Positions 16,527 through 26,708 are shown, numbered from the stretch's first letter. The stretch: 40,000 nt of DNA from an uncultured Acidobacteriota bacterium (GCA_963740015.1 CAVUCM010000021.1:1-40000), one strand, 5' to 3'. The notes: generated from the letters alone by a model not told the origin. A program made the numbers and translations.

Positions 16527-17945
16527 TCACAACTTGCTGTTTGCCTGCTTCGCAGACTTGCCCACTTCGCGTTGCTCGGCTTTCATCGACACTCGCCGCG
16601 TGGGGCCAACCGGTTCGAAACTTATTCGTTTGCCCTTTATCTCATACAATGCGGCGTCCGCCGAATACAGCAGCGGTCCTACGGATTCTGCATCCCCGGG
16701 ATAGGCCGCCACTCCCACGCTCACCGAAAGCGCTGGCTCTTCCACATCCTTGGCGAGAAGCTCGCAGATTCGCTCGCCCACCAGCGCCGCATCGACCGCT
16801 CCCGTTTCCGGCAGCACCAGAGCAAATTCATCTCCGCCTTGTCTTGCAGCGGTGTCGATTGACCGGCAGCAGCTTCGCAATGCGTTCGCAAGACGGCAAA
16901 GCGCACGGTCTCCTACCAGGTGGCCGTACTTGTCATTGATATTTTTGAACTGGTCCACATCGAGCAGCATCAGCGCGAATTCGCGCCCTGTGCGTTTTGA
17001 GCGGCTGATTTCCGTGTGCAGCACTTCGAAAAGACGCCTGTGATTGGCCAATCCGGTCAGCGAATCGCTCTCGGCCTGCTCTCTAAGTCGCACTTCCCGC
17101 GCCTGCTGTTCTGTTACGTCTCCCACAATTATCTCGTAGCCGTCGAACGCTCTGTTTCCTGTGTAAACCGCGCGTCCGCTCATTCGCACCTTCACCGTCG
17201 CGCCGTCTTTCCGCAGGCACTCCATCTCGAACCCTTCGATCTCCGCGCCCACTTTCAGGCACTCACTCCAGCGTTCGCGCACTTCATCATCTCGAATCAC
17301 GTTCCCCGCAAAATCTTTTTTCAGGAATTCCTCTCTGGACGAATACCCCAGCATGCTCAGAAAAGCTGCATTGGCATAACCGAATTTCCCCTTGGCATCC
17401 ACGCGGCAGATTCCGTAAGTAGGGTTTTCAACCAGTGCGCGATAGCGCGCCTCCGCACTTGCGCTGGTTTTTTCCGCCTGCGCCAGCTCTTCACGCAGCT
17501 TCTTTTCTTCGAGCGCTCGTCGAGCTGCCATTGGCAAGTGCTCCATGTGTTCGGGTTCGATAAAATCGTAAGCGCCATTTGCTACTAATGCCGCCCTGGA
17601 CTCTCTTCGCAAACTGGTTGTCACGAAGACTAAAGGTACGCTCCGCACCATTTGGCGAAGCGCCTCCAATGCTTCGGATCCGCTCCAGTTGGGGCTTGGA
17701 TATTCCGCGACAATCAGGTCAAACGGCTCTTTGCGCAGTTGTTCGACGCATTGCCCCAGGGTCAAGACGATATCCGCGTGAACCGCGAATTCCGCTCTCT
17801 TCAGTTCCTGCAAACAAGAATCGATCTCATCAGCATCGCGATGAACAAACAGAACACGCAGGGACTGCCACCTATTTGCAGCTGCACGCCGGTTGGCACC
17901 GTCGTGATCATTTAGCCTGGGTTGGCTTCCGGACAGGGGAAACAT
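16527..17945 (-). CDS. Degenerate receiver-PAS-GGDEF diguanylate cyclase
   Basis: REC-like N-terminus. PAS segment RYRALVENPTYGICRVDAKGKFGYANAAFLSMLGY. GGDEF domain LTGLANHRRL...LLDVDQFKNINDKYGHLVGD...ARQGGDEFALVL. The track ORF starts at TTG 17951, and an ATG at 17945 is equally possible. Confidence 0.85.
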   Translation of the reverse strand: MFPLSGSQPRLNDHDGANRRAAANRWQSLRVLFVHRDADEIDSCLQELKRAEFAVHADIVLTLGQCVEQLRKEPFDLIVAEYPSPNWSGSEALEALRQMVRSVPLVFVTTSLRRESRAALVANGAYDFIEPEHMEHLPMAARRALEEKKLREELAQAEKTSASAEARYRALVENPTYGICRVDAKGKFGYANAAFLSMLGYSSREEFLKKDFAGNVIRDDEVRERWSECLKVGAEIEGFEMECLRKDGATVKVRMSGRAVYTGNRAFDGYEIIVGDVTEQQAREVRLREQAESDSLTGLANHRRLFEVLHTEISRSKRTGREFALMLLDVDQFKNINDKYGHLVGDRALCRLANALRSCCRSIDTAARQGGDEFALVLPETGAVDAALVGERICELLAKDVEEPALSVSVGVAAYPGDAESVGPLLYSADAALYEIKGKRISFEPVGPTRRVSMKAEQREVGKSAKQANSKL

Positions 17946-18174
17946 AAACAATACCCTTCGAACCCTACTTGAGCCGCCCCGCGGGAGGGGACATCGGCAT
18001 AAGCGATCGGCACACCCAAACCTTAGTAGGAATTAATCTCCGAGTCTGTCCTTTTTTAGACAGTACCTCCTCCGCTCACTTTGCTAAATTTCGAAACGTC
18101 TTCAACGGTTCACGCACAAGTTCCTATACGGCCCAGATATCGGTGCGACCGCAATGTCAGCAATGAGGGCCACC

Positions 18175-18369
18175 ATGTCCACGAATTGCCCTGTATGCCA
18201 AAGTCACCGAATCCATCGCTCAAAGCGTCGTGGAATTCTCGAATCCAATTTTCTTGCAGTCCTCTTCGTCCGTCCATTCCGTTGTTTGAAGTGCGATCAT
18301 CGCTTTTTCCGCTGGTCTCTCAACGCTAACCCCAGCCCGGTGCGGACCCAGGCTCTACCCCCTTCATAG
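18175..18369 (+). CDS. Small zinc-ribbon protein (CxxC...CxxC)
   Basis: MSTNCPVCQSHRIHRSKRRG...RPFRCLKCDHRFF. GAGGG (18165-18169) lies 5 nt before ATG 18175. The track ORF starts earlier, at 18154. Confidence 0.45.
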   Translation: MSTNCPVCQSHRIHRSKRRGILESNFLAVLFVRPFRCLKCDHRFFRWSLNANPSPVRTQALPPS

Positions 18370-18530
18370 CGTGGCTTACGCTATTGAAGCCAGAACAGAT
18401 CACTTAGCGCCATCGAATCAATCGCACCAAATAGCCACTGTTCACTTTTGCACAGTCCGGCGGCGAAGTCCTTGGTATTGTGGGTTTGTACTCTAAGCAG
18501 CTTCGAAGAGGCTGCATCTCCTAGCCCCCC

Positions 18531-19199
18531 ATGAAGAAAAAAAGCTCCAACGCCGGGAATCCCCGTCCCTTCGACCCACAGGCTTTTCTCGATACCGCTG
18601 GCGTATCAAGAAAAGTCGCTGAATTTAAGCGCGGTGAATCCATCTTTAGCCAGGGAGACGGTGCGAACACCGTCATGTACATTCAGAGGGGCGGCGTAAA
18701 GCTTTCCGTCGTAAATGGCTCGGGCAAAGAAGCCGTTGTCGCGATGTTCGGTCCGACAGACTTTTTTGGAGAAGGCTGCATGGCAGGCCAAACTCTGCGC
18801 ATGGCCACGGCGACCGCCATTGCTCCCACGACCCTTCTAGTCGTCAACAAAAACGAAATGCTCCGTGTGCTCCATGAAGAGCATGAGTTATCTGACCGTT
18901 TTATCGGGTATATGCTCGCCCACAACATCCGCGTGGAAGAAGACTTGGTCGATCAACTCTTCAATTCTAGCGAGAAGCGTCTGGCCCGAACTCTCCTCCT
19001 GCTCGCCCGCTATGGGGAACAAGATCGGCCAGACCGGAGCCTCCCCCAAGTCTCACAGGAAACCCTGGCCGAAATGATCGGCACCACGCGTTCCCGCGTC
19101 AATTTCTTCATGAATAAATTCAGAAAACTCGGCTTCATCGAATACAACGGCAAAATCAAGGTCAACAAATCTCTGCTGACTGTTGTCCTCCACGAATAG
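18531..19199 (+). CDS. Crp/Fnr-family transcriptional regulator
   Basis: cNMP-binding barrel (IFSQGDGANTVMYIQRGGVKLSV...FFGEGC...RMATATA). C-terminal HTH ETLAEMIGTTRSRVNFFMNKFRKLGFIEY. Confidence 0.85.
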   Translation: MKKKSSNAGNPRPFDPQAFLDTAGVSRKVAEFKRGESIFSQGDGANTVMYIQRGGVKLSVVNGSGKEAVVAMFGPTDFFGEGCMAGQTLRMATATAIAPTTLLVVNKNEMLRVLHEEHELSDRFIGYMLAHNIRVEEDLVDQLFNSSEKRLARTLLLLARYGEQDRPDRSLPQVSQETLAEMIGTTRSRVNFFMNKFRKLGFIEYNGKIKVNKSLLTVVLHE

Positions 19200-19426
19200 G
19201 CCAAACGCCATGCGAACTGTCGGCCCTCCTTGCCCTTGACCTGCCCTTTTTCCTTTCTTCTCTCTCGTACCTCAGCGAACTCTGCGTCCTCTGTGTAAAA
19301 AAACCGCTCTGCACTGACTCCCAAACGCACCGTTCCGCGAGACATTTTCAAGCAACACCTGCGAAATTACCCGGGCACACCCTTCCCAAGAAGCTCCCTA
19401 TCGCACCCGATCTGTCTTAGAACTGA

Positions 19427-21787
19427 CTATGGTTTGGGCGGACTCAACTCATACTCATGAGGCGGTTCCGCGCCGAGCAAATAGCGCACGAAGTAATCCC
19501 ACCGTCGCCGCGTCATATAAAGCGTCGCGCTCCCGTACCCGTGATGTTGGTTTGGCAAAAGCAAAAGATCAAAGTCCTTGTTGGCCTTGATGAGTTCGTC
19601 CACCACCAGCAGCGTGTTGTATGGCGGCACATTGTCATCCAGCGTCCCGTGTGCGAGCAGAAGATGTCCCTTCAGGTTTTTGGCCAAGTGTTGATTAGCC
19701 TGGTCATCGTAATTGGTCGTGCCATCCGCATTCTTAACCAGCAGTCCTTGATACCTTTCTCCCCAATCATCCTCATATTCACGATTGTCATGGTTCCCGG
19801 ATTCTGAAATGCCCACTTTGAAAAAATCAGGATAGCGAAACATGGCGTCGGCAGTAGCGTATCCTCCGCCCGAATGGCCGAAAATCCCCGCGCGCGCGAC
19901 ATCGATCCACGGATATTTCTGCGCCAACTCCTTCATCCCCGCAATCTGGTCTGGCAAAGTGTTATCACCCATATTCCCATAATAGAAGTCATGGAATTTC
20001 TTCGATCGCAAGGGATTGCCCATGCCCTCGATTTCCACTACTACGAAACCGAGTTCGGCGAGAGACTGCGCATCGCCGCGCCCAGGCGCGAAACCCCAAT
20101 AACCCACGCTGCCGCCCTGCGGGCCCGGGTAAATCCGATTCACGATCGGATATTTTTTTGCCGAATCGAGGTTTGTCGGTTTGTACATCAACCCATAAAG
20201 GTCGGTGACTCCGTCGCGCGCTTTCACGGTGACAGGAACCGGCGGTTGCCATCCCGCCGCAAGAAGCTTCGAGATATCTGTCTTCGCGACCGTCGAGATT
20301 AATTTCCCCGCATCGTCGCGCACCACGGCCATGGCGGGCACGTCAGGCTTGGAGTAGCTGTCGAAAAAATACCGTCCCGAAGTCGAAAAACTGATTTCGT
20401 GGTTTCCGCTTTCTGGCGTCAATGAAGCGAGATTCTTGCCGTCGAATCCGATGCGGTAGAGATGGGCGAAGTAAGGGTTCTCGCCTTTCTCACGCCCCAA
20501 GCCGATAAAATAAAGCGTGCGATTTCTTTCATCCACGCGCAGCAACTGCGTGACCACCCAATCGCCGGAAGTGATCTGGTTTTTCAGCTTGCCCGTCGCG
20601 AGATCGTAAAGATACAAGTGGCCCCAATTATCGCGCTCAGAAAACCAAATGATCTCGTTGGAACCAGGCAGGTAGCGCCAGTTCACTCGGCCCCAGCCTG
20701 ATTCGTACTGGGTAGCAGCCGTTTCTTCCAGAACGTCGCGCACAGTACCAGTCGTCGCATCGGCCACACGCAACTGCTCATGTTTATGGTCGCGCGAGGT
20801 CGAAACGAACGCTAGGTGCGCGCCGTCTGCGCTCCACTCCACGTCATCCCAGTCGCTGCCTCGGCATTCCACGTCGTCGCAAAGTGTCGTCCGGTGCTGA
20901 TCGGGCGGAAGCTGCAAACGAATCACTTTGTGCGTATCCAGATCAATCACCACGCGCTGAATGGTAGTGACAACGTCGTCGCCCGGCAGCGGATACTTCC
21001 ACGCCTGAAGCACCGGATGCCCAACTTTCGTTTCGACAAGATACATCTCGCCGACACCGCGTTGGTCCTGCTGAAATGTCGCGATTTTCTTGGAATCGGG
21101 CGACCACAAAAGAATAGGCCGGTCGCTGTGAATCCATCCGGCGTTATCGGTCGCGTAGCCGAAGTCCTTCACCCCGTCGGTTGTGAGCTGCGTTTCTTTG
21201 TTGCTGGCCACGTCACGTAGCCAGAGATTGAAATCGCGAATAAATGCCGCGCTCTTGCCGTCCGGCGAAATCTCCTCTTCAGGACGTTCCGCCGCAGGCT
21301 TGGCGGTCTTGGGTTCGGCGGTACACTTGCTTCCTTGCAAGTCACATGTCCACTGCTGGCCCTTCACCAGAAACGAAATCGATTTGCCGTCCGCGGAAAA
21401 CTCAAACGCCATAAACGGTAGGTGCGCCGCGTTGTAGGAAGCTCCGGCTGCCGCAGAAAGGGCAGCAGCAACTTTGGCGTGATCAAACGCCGGCTGCCGC
21501 GTGCCATGAGCAGCGTCAAAGAGTACGAATTCGCTCCCGTCGGGCCCCGTGTCGCGAAACAAATAGCGATCATCGGGCAGCCATTTGCCGTGCACATCAT
21601 GAAAAACGAGCGGCCGCACGTTATAAATCATGAATTTTTCAGCGTGCTTGTAATCCTCAGCGGTGAGAACCCGCCGCCCCCCGGAATCGGCTTGTTGCGC
21701 GGCCAACGGAATCAGAACGCAACCTACTAATGCCGTCAGGAAAGCAAATCGAAACAAGAGAAAATTCGTAGTCACTCGCAATCGCAT
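19427..21787 (-). CDS. Dipeptidyl-peptidase IV family serine peptidase (S9B), exported
   Basis: N-terminal DPPIV beta-propeller region. Catalytic GIFGHSGGGYAT, with later GTLDDNV and HHGYG. I prefer ATG 21787 (MRLRVTTNFLLFRFAFLTALVG signal, GAGGGA RBS) over the track start at 21850. Confidence 0.85.
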   Translation of the reverse strand: MRLRVTTNFLLFRFAFLTALVGCVLIPLAAQQADSGGRRVLTAEDYKHAEKFMIYNVRPLVFHDVHGKWLPDDRYLFRDTGPDGSEFVLFDAAHGTRQPAFDHAKVAAALSAAAGASYNAAHLPFMAFEFSADGKSISFLVKGQQWTCDLQGSKCTAEPKTAKPAAERPEEEISPDGKSAAFIRDFNLWLRDVASNKETQLTTDGVKDFGYATDNAGWIHSDRPILLWSPDSKKIATFQQDQRGVGEMYLVETKVGHPVLQAWKYPLPGDDVVTTIQRVVIDLDTHKVIRLQLPPDQHRTTLCDDVECRGSDWDDVEWSADGAHLAFVSTSRDHKHEQLRVADATTGTVRDVLEETAATQYESGWGRVNWRYLPGSNEIIWFSERDNWGHLYLYDLATGKLKNQITSGDWVVTQLLRVDERNRTLYFIGLGREKGENPYFAHLYRIGFDGKNLASLTPESGNHEISFSTSGRYFFDSYSKPDVPAMAVVRDDAGKLISTVAKTDISKLLAAGWQPPVPVTVKARDGVTDLYGLMYKPTNLDSAKKYPIVNRIYPGPQGGSVGYWGFAPGRGDAQSLAELGFVVVEIEGMGNPLRSKKFHDFYYGNMGDNTLPDQIAGMKELAQKYPWIDVARAGIFGHSGGGYATADAMFRYPDFFKVGISESGNHDNREYEDDWGERYQGLLVKNADGTTNYDDQANQHLAKNLKGHLLLAHGTLDDNVPPYNTLLVVDELIKANKDFDLLLLPNQHHGYGSATLYMTRRRWDYFVRYLLGAEPPHEYELSPPKP

Positions 21788-22077
21788 TCGATCCCTCGTT
21801 GATCTCGGTCCATAACCGCAACTCCACCGACAGCTTGGACGCGGTAGCATCTCCTTTGCATGTGGCCGAAGTCAAGCAATGCGCCCGTAGTAGCACAGGC
21901 GTACTCCTGCCTGTGCGCTTTCGCGGTCCTCAGCAAATGCTCTGCAAGCGACGCAAAGCCAAGATCGACAGAGCCGTAGCCAAACCAAATCCTATTCGTC
22001 CAGATTTTTAGAAAGGGGTATGCAACGAAATGGAGCCAGCAGAAGCAGCCAAAAGATAATTCTCAAAACCACACAAA

Positions 22078-22704
22078 CTACCGATCAGTCCCGCCCAAAT
22101 TAGTGCGAGGCTTGCTCCTACCGCTCTTAGAAGCCTCGCTCTCCTGTTTTTCGTACTCGGCGATTTCTTCGTCGCTATAAGAATAGGAGTCTCGTGAAGC
22201 AAACATCGAGTTGGACCGTCCCGCCTGCTTCTTTTTCTTCCGGATTGCACCAAACTCATGCCGCACCTGGCGTATCGGTCCTTCAATAGCCTTCACTTCC
22301 ACAAGCAGATCGCTGACTTTCTCGAGAAAATCGTGCAGATGGAAAGGCCGCACGACGTACTGAGCGCGGGCCAATTCGAGCGCCGCAACGTACTGGCTGC
22401 CGGTCATTTCCGGCACCAGATAAAGGGCACGGATGCGCCCTCCCTCTTCATAGGAGACGCCGGCCAATTCGCGAAGTGTGATGAAAATCGGGGTGTCAGT
22501 GCCGGCCAAAGCAATGTTGGCGATGACCAAAGACCATTCGCCGGACTTAAGCTCAGTAAGCAGCTGCTTAGGGTCCTGAACCAAGCGGACCCGCCAGCCT
22601 TCCGAATCCAGGATTTGACGCAGCGCACCCTGGTTGTTGTCGTCGTCATCCAGGATAAGAATGCCGACCTGCTGCGGCTGCACGGGAGTAGGCGTCGCCA
22701 TCAA
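22078..22704 (-). CDS. Receiver-like (pseudo-receiver) domain protein, 208 aa
   Basis: ILILDDDDNN matches REC beta1. The beta3 strand reads WSLVIANIAL, with Asn at the phospho-acceptor position. The C-terminal tail is charged and low-complexity. Confidence 0.6.
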   Translation of the reverse strand: MMATPTPVQPQQVGILILDDDDNNQGALRQILDSEGWRVRLVQDPKQLLTELKSGEWSLVIANIALAGTDTPIFITLRELAGVSYEEGGRIRALYLVPEMTGSQYVAALELARAQYVVRPFHLHDFLEKVSDLLVEVKAIEGPIRQVRHEFGAIRKKKKQAGRSNSMFASRDSYSYSDEEIAEYEKQESEASKSGRSKPRTNLGGTDR

Positions 22705-22787
22705 ATAAGTATAGCGCTGGGCCTAATCACCCCAGCCAGACAAGCAAGGGCCTGCCGCGTATCGGCCAATGCCGGACCAAATCAGTC

Positions 22788-23660
22788 CTAAAGGTGCGGC
22801 GGAGCTTCCGGAACCGGAGAAGTCGGCGTTTGACCCTTTTTCGATGTTGCCCGCGAAAGGGCTAGATGAACTCGAGCGGGATTGGCGATATCGGGGATGG
22901 TAGCCGCTTTGACGAGAACGAATAGGAGCTTTCCGTGCCCCGTGATGCTCGCAGAAACCACAAACGGAATCTTGCTAGTGGCTTTTGAAGGGTCAAACTT
23001 CAATGCAAAGGATATGGGGGCAGCTCTCCCGCCAATCGAGATTCTTTCCTCGGCAACAACGGCAGCCGGATCGTCAGAGTCATGGCTAGTATCTCTAAGT
23101 TGCACAATCAGAACAGCATCCGCAGGCAAGGGGGGAGCCGTCCCAAAGGTTGCCGTTCCATTGATTGATCCGGCGGTGGGCGCGGCTGGGGGGTACGAGC
23201 TTTGCAAGTGGCACTGTTCGGCCAGCATCTTTGGATGCGAGGCGTCCGCATTATCTACGAGGAAGCCATCTTCGCCAGTGCTCGACCAGACCACCATGCC
23301 CGCTGCGTATTTAGAGTCGGAGGCTGAGCCGGAGTCGGTTTCAACCTGCTTCATATTGTAGATGTGCCCGTTCAGCGTCAGCCGCGCCGCCTTGGTTTCC
23401 AGCAGAATCACAATTCTTGCGCCGCCGGCGCAGAGGTACTCGCGCCGCGGCAAAGCAAAGCGAAGCGAAGAGCGAGATGAGGAATGAGGCAGCGGAGCAG
23501 GAGTTTGCTGCGCGGGTTGTGGGGCCGCCGCCGCCGGTGCTTGATCCGGTGAAGATTGCTGTCCCCTTATGGAAGGATGCGGCAAGTTGAGTGACACCGA
23601 GGCTGCGATGGCGAGGAAAACAGCCGTCGCGCGGATTGCAGGCATGAACATACTGACCAT
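22788..23660 (-). CDS. Exported MliC-like + YbaY-like domain protein
   Basis: Signal peptide MPAIRATAVFLAIAASV and a Pro/Ala/Gln linker. MliC-like YLCAGGARIVILLETKAARLTLNGHIYNMKQVETDSGSASDSKYAAGMVVWSSTGEDGFL. YbaY-like LPADAVLIVQLRDTSHDSDDPAAVVAEERI. Confidence 0.55.
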   Translation of the reverse strand: MVSMFMPAIRATAVFLAIAASVSLNLPHPSIRGQQSSPDQAPAAAAPQPAQQTPAPLPHSSSRSSLRFALPRREYLCAGGARIVILLETKAARLTLNGHIYNMKQVETDSGSASDSKYAAGMVVWSSTGEDGFLVDNADASHPKMLAEQCHLQSSYPPAAPTAGSINGTATFGTAPPLPADAVLIVQLRDTSHDSDDPAAVVAEERISIGGRAAPISFALKFDPSKATSKIPFVVSASITGHGKLLFVLVKAATIPDIANPARVHLALSRATSKKGQTPTSPVPEAPPHL

Positions 23661-23689
23661 CCTAGCCCAGAAACTTGGCAGCGAGACTC

Positions 23690-25183
23690 TTATTGACCAA
23701 TCACAAGGTCATATCCGTCTAGCACCTTAAGCTGGCTGGTGCCGTCCCAGAACATCTTGTAAATCCCCAACGGCTTTGCCGATGACTCGCGGCCAGTGAA
23801 ATAGATCTGTAAGCCGTCGCGAGACCACTCAGCGAAAGAACTCGTCAAGTTTGCCGGACTCAAAAGGACGCGGCGCTTGGATTTAATCTCATAGAGGAAA
23901 ACCGCCTGCCCTGCCGGCGTCCCGGTAATTTTAGCGGCGTCTTTATTCGTAGCCTGGGCATTCTTCAAGTAGGCCGCTGCAGCTGCTGGCACTAATTCAG
24001 CTGAAACCAGTAGCAAGTCGGGATTAAGGGGATGAATGCGCACGGTATTCGCGCTGGACAGTCCGAATTGATCCTTGCCGTACAGGTCAGCGCTGGCAAG
24101 AGTTTGCTTCACAGTTCCATCATCCCCAATCCAAGAGAGAGTTTGCAGGTCGCCGGCTACCAGCGTTTGCACATCTGCCCAGCCCTGGAAATTAATGGCT
24201 TCGCCTTGATACACGAGAGCCGCTTTTTCAGGCGCATCCGCTGGCATGGTCCAAACCTGCCACTTGGAACCATCAAATTTCAGGAATGCGACGCGCGTAT
24301 CTTCAGGCGACCAAAACGCTTGCTGCAGGGGACCCCTGAGCAACTCGGTAGACTTGCCCGTAGCCCAGTCATAAACGGAAATCGTCCGCTCGGCCGCTTT
24401 TTCTGCGCCCTTTTCCTCGGTTGTGTAAAGCAGGCGCTTCCCATCATGCGACAGAGCCAGCTGGTCGCCGCCCTTTCCTGGGACGGCGCGGGCGACGCTG
24501 CCGCGTTTGACGATCAGCTTACCTGCACCATTGATGTAAGCCACCGCAACGGGCGCCTTAAAGTGGGTGATCGTCGGAGGCGCAGGCTTGTCTTTGGTGT
24601 CGTCATCGTCGTCGGTAGGCTGATTGTTGATCTTAGGGAAGAGCTCTGTGGCAACCCGGGCACAGCCTTGCATTCCACCGATCTGGGCGTGCTCCACCGA
24701 TGCAGTGAAGGCGAATTTCGTGGTTGAAGCCGGATCAGTGCAAGCTTCCCGGGTTATATGGACGGAAACCGCGGCGCCCGTCTGAGAGTCCTTGGCGTGG
24801 TAAGTCCATGAGTCTGTAACGCCTTCGCGAGCCACGTCGGTGGGTTCCAGCGGGATCGGGGGATAACCATTCCGATCAAGACGCTCCGGTCCTCGTAGGC
24901 CAATGCGAAGACTCCAGGATTGGTCGTTGCCTTGAACCAAAAGCAGGATGGGGTAGTGAGTTGATTGAGGGGCGGCTGGTCCGGCTGCGGATTTCTTGGC
25001 TTGAGTTGCTGCAGCAGGAGGCGGAGCCGACGCCTTCGGGGGAGGTTGTTGCGTTGGAGGCTGCTGTAGCGATTGGGGTTGCTGCGCTTGAGCAGAACAC
25101 AAATAGGCCGAGAAAACCACGGCGGACGCACCTAGAAGCAACCGTGCTAGTGGGGACTGTTGCACGCGGATCCTCCCGAACAA
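23690..25183 (-). CDS. Exported TolB-like beta-propeller protein (497 aa)
   Basis: Signal LARLLLGASAVVFSAYLCSAQA and a Gln/Pro-rich linker. PD40-like repeats include LALSHDGKRLLYTT, FWSPEDTRVAFL and EWSRDGLQIYFTG. TTG start, so the exact start is uncertain. Confidence 0.6.
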   Translation of the reverse strand: MFGRIRVQQSPLARLLLGASAVVFSAYLCSAQAQQPQSLQQPPTQQPPPKASAPPPAAATQAKKSAAGPAAPQSTHYPILLLVQGNDQSWSLRIGLRGPERLDRNGYPPIPLEPTDVAREGVTDSWTYHAKDSQTGAAVSVHITREACTDPASTTKFAFTASVEHAQIGGMQGCARVATELFPKINNQPTDDDDDTKDKPAPPTITHFKAPVAVAYINGAGKLIVKRGSVARAVPGKGGDQLALSHDGKRLLYTTEEKGAEKAAERTISVYDWATGKSTELLRGPLQQAFWSPEDTRVAFLKFDGSKWQVWTMPADAPEKAALVYQGEAINFQGWADVQTLVAGDLQTLSWIGDDGTVKQTLASADLYGKDQFGLSSANTVRIHPLNPDLLLVSAELVPAAAAAYLKNAQATNKDAAKITGTPAGQAVFLYEIKSKRRVLLSPANLTSSFAEWSRDGLQIYFTGRESSAKPLGIYKMFWDGTSQLKVLDGYDLVIGQ

Positions 25184-25294
25184 GCAGGATACCCTCTGGC
25201 ATTGAAGCGCACAATGCGCACGAATGTTCGGAAACAGCAGAGCGAACCAAGAGGTTAAGCCAGGAATTTAAGACGAATAAAAAGCGAAAACTGC

Positions 25295-25324
25295 TTGACA
25301 ATGGCGAACGAAAAGCGAAATACT
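25295..25324 (+). promoter_or_regulatory. Putative promoter of the radical-SAM gene, resembling the ruvA promoter
   Basis: TTGACA (25295-25300), an 18-nt spacer, then AATACT (25319-25324). The spacer and flanks resemble the ruvA promoter. The direct repeat AAAAGCGAAA occurs at 25280-25289 and 25311-25320. Confidence 0.35.
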
Positions 25325-25346
25325 TGGCCGTGCTTCGAGGTGGGCT

Positions 25347-26708
25347 ATGTCTCCAGTTCTTTCCTCCACGGCTCGGACTTTTGGTATCCGACGCCGCCGC
25401 GCAAGACAATCCACAGCGACTCTCTTTCCTGTTAGCCCCTATGCGACAAGCCCAACACCAAAGGCCGGTGATTCGCCAGGTAGCAGCCACAATGTCCAGG
25501 ACAATGTCAGCGACAAAGTGGGAGCTGCAGCGAGCCCCGGCTTAGGCGGCAGCACTTCGGGTTACACCACGGCGGATTGCCCCCCGCCGACCTCGCAAGA
25601 GGCGGTCCCGCATGGCTTAGAAAGCCGCGCCGGTCACCGGACCCAGGACGCAGCCGTACCGCTGGTGGGCATTGCCCGCCTCGCAGCATGCTCTCCGCCC
25701 GCGGAGAGCCACCGCAAATCCGCCGAGCGACCGGAGTATTTCCTGCTTCCGGTGAAGTCCATCTTGAACCGCTGCGACTCGGCGCGCGTCCCGTTCGACT
25801 GGACGATCAATCCATATCGAGGTTGCGAATTCGGCTGCCTCTACTGCTACGCCCGCTACACGCACGAGTACATGGAACTGGACGGCGGCGAATTCGAGCG
25901 CAAGATTTTTGTGAAAAAAGATGCCGCCCCATTGCTGGCCTACGACGTCGCCCACAAATACTCGTATGAGTCCGAAAGCTCGGGCGGCGAAAAGCCCGAA
26001 CACATTGCGATCGGCACCGCGACCGATCCTTATCAACCGGCAGAACGCGAATATGGAGTGACCCGCGCCTGCCTCAAAGAGTTGTCGAAGCGCGAAGGCC
26101 TAAGCATTTCCGTAATCACCAAATCGAACCAGATCGTGCGCGATATCGATATATTTAAGAAGATTGCCGAACGCTCCGAGCTTTCCCTCAACATTACCAT
26201 CACAACGCTGCGCGCAAGATTGGCGCGATTGCTCGAACCTCGCGCCCCACGCCCAGATTTGCGAATTGCCGCCGTGAAGCAATTGCGAGAAGCCGGCCTT
26301 CGAGTAGGAGTCTCCGCCTCACCTCTAATCCCCGGCATCACCGATCGCGAAGGCGAACTCGAAGCAGTAGCCGAAGCCGCCCACAAAGCCGGCGCCCAAT
26401 GGTTTTTCTCCGGCGTCCTCTTTCTAATGCCATCCTCCGCCAAACAATTCCTGCCATTCATACGGGAAAAATTCCCTCGCCTCATAAAACAATACGAGGA
26501 GTGGTACACAAAAGAAGCCTACGCCCCCGAGAAGTACCGAAAGCAAATCGCCGACCGCGTAGCACGCCTAAAACAAAAGTACGGCTTCGAGTCGCGCCTG
26601 GCCCGCGACACTCAACGCACAACGCCATGCGCGCAAATGAAACTAGGCTGGGGCGCCACAACCGCCACCGCGGACTTGCAAGGCATGCGCTCCTGCGCCG
26701 CAGGGTAG
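25347..26708 (+). CDS. Radical SAM enzyme, SplB / DNA-repair-photolyase-like family
   Basis: NPYRGCEFGCLYCYARY provides the CxxxCxxC cluster. A TIM-barrel-like body follows. RBS GAGG is 6 nt before ATG 25347. The first ~130 aa are Ser/Pro/Thr/Ala/Gly-rich low complexity. Confidence 0.8.
   Translation: MSPVLSSTARTFGIRRRRARQSTATLFPVSPYATSPTPKAGDSPGSSHNVQDNVSDKVGAAASPGLGGSTSGYTTADCPPPTSQEAVPHGLESRAGHRTQDAAVPLVGIARLAACSPPAESHRKSAERPEYFLLPVKSILNRCDSARVPFDWTINPYRGCEFGCLYCYARYTHEYMELDGGEFERKIFVKKDAAPLLAYDVAHKYSYESESSGGEKPEHIAIGTATDPYQPAEREYGVTRACLKELSKREGLSISVITKSNQIVRDIDIFKKIAERSELSLNITITTLRARLARLLEPRAPRPDLRIAAVKQLREAGLRVGVSASPLIPGITDREGELEAVAEAAHKAGAQWFFSGVLFLMPSSAKQFLPFIREKFPRLIKQYEEWYTKEAYAPEKYRKQIADRVARLKQKYGFESRLARDTQRTTPCAQMKLGWGATTATADLQGMRSCAAG

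Noticed and set aside
19427-21850. Longer N-termini of both DPP-IV genes as given in the ORF track (21850 and 30225)
   Set aside because: Internal ATGs at 21787 and 30147 have GAGGGA and GGAGG RBSs and are followed directly by signal peptides. The extra upstream codons look non-coding.
21893-21916. 8-bp perfect hairpin GCACAGGC-N8-GCCTGTGC as a terminator
   Set aside because: No T-tract follows on the strand where a gene ends (the minus-strand receiver-like gene). It more likely sits in the DPP-IV 5' region and has no assignable function.
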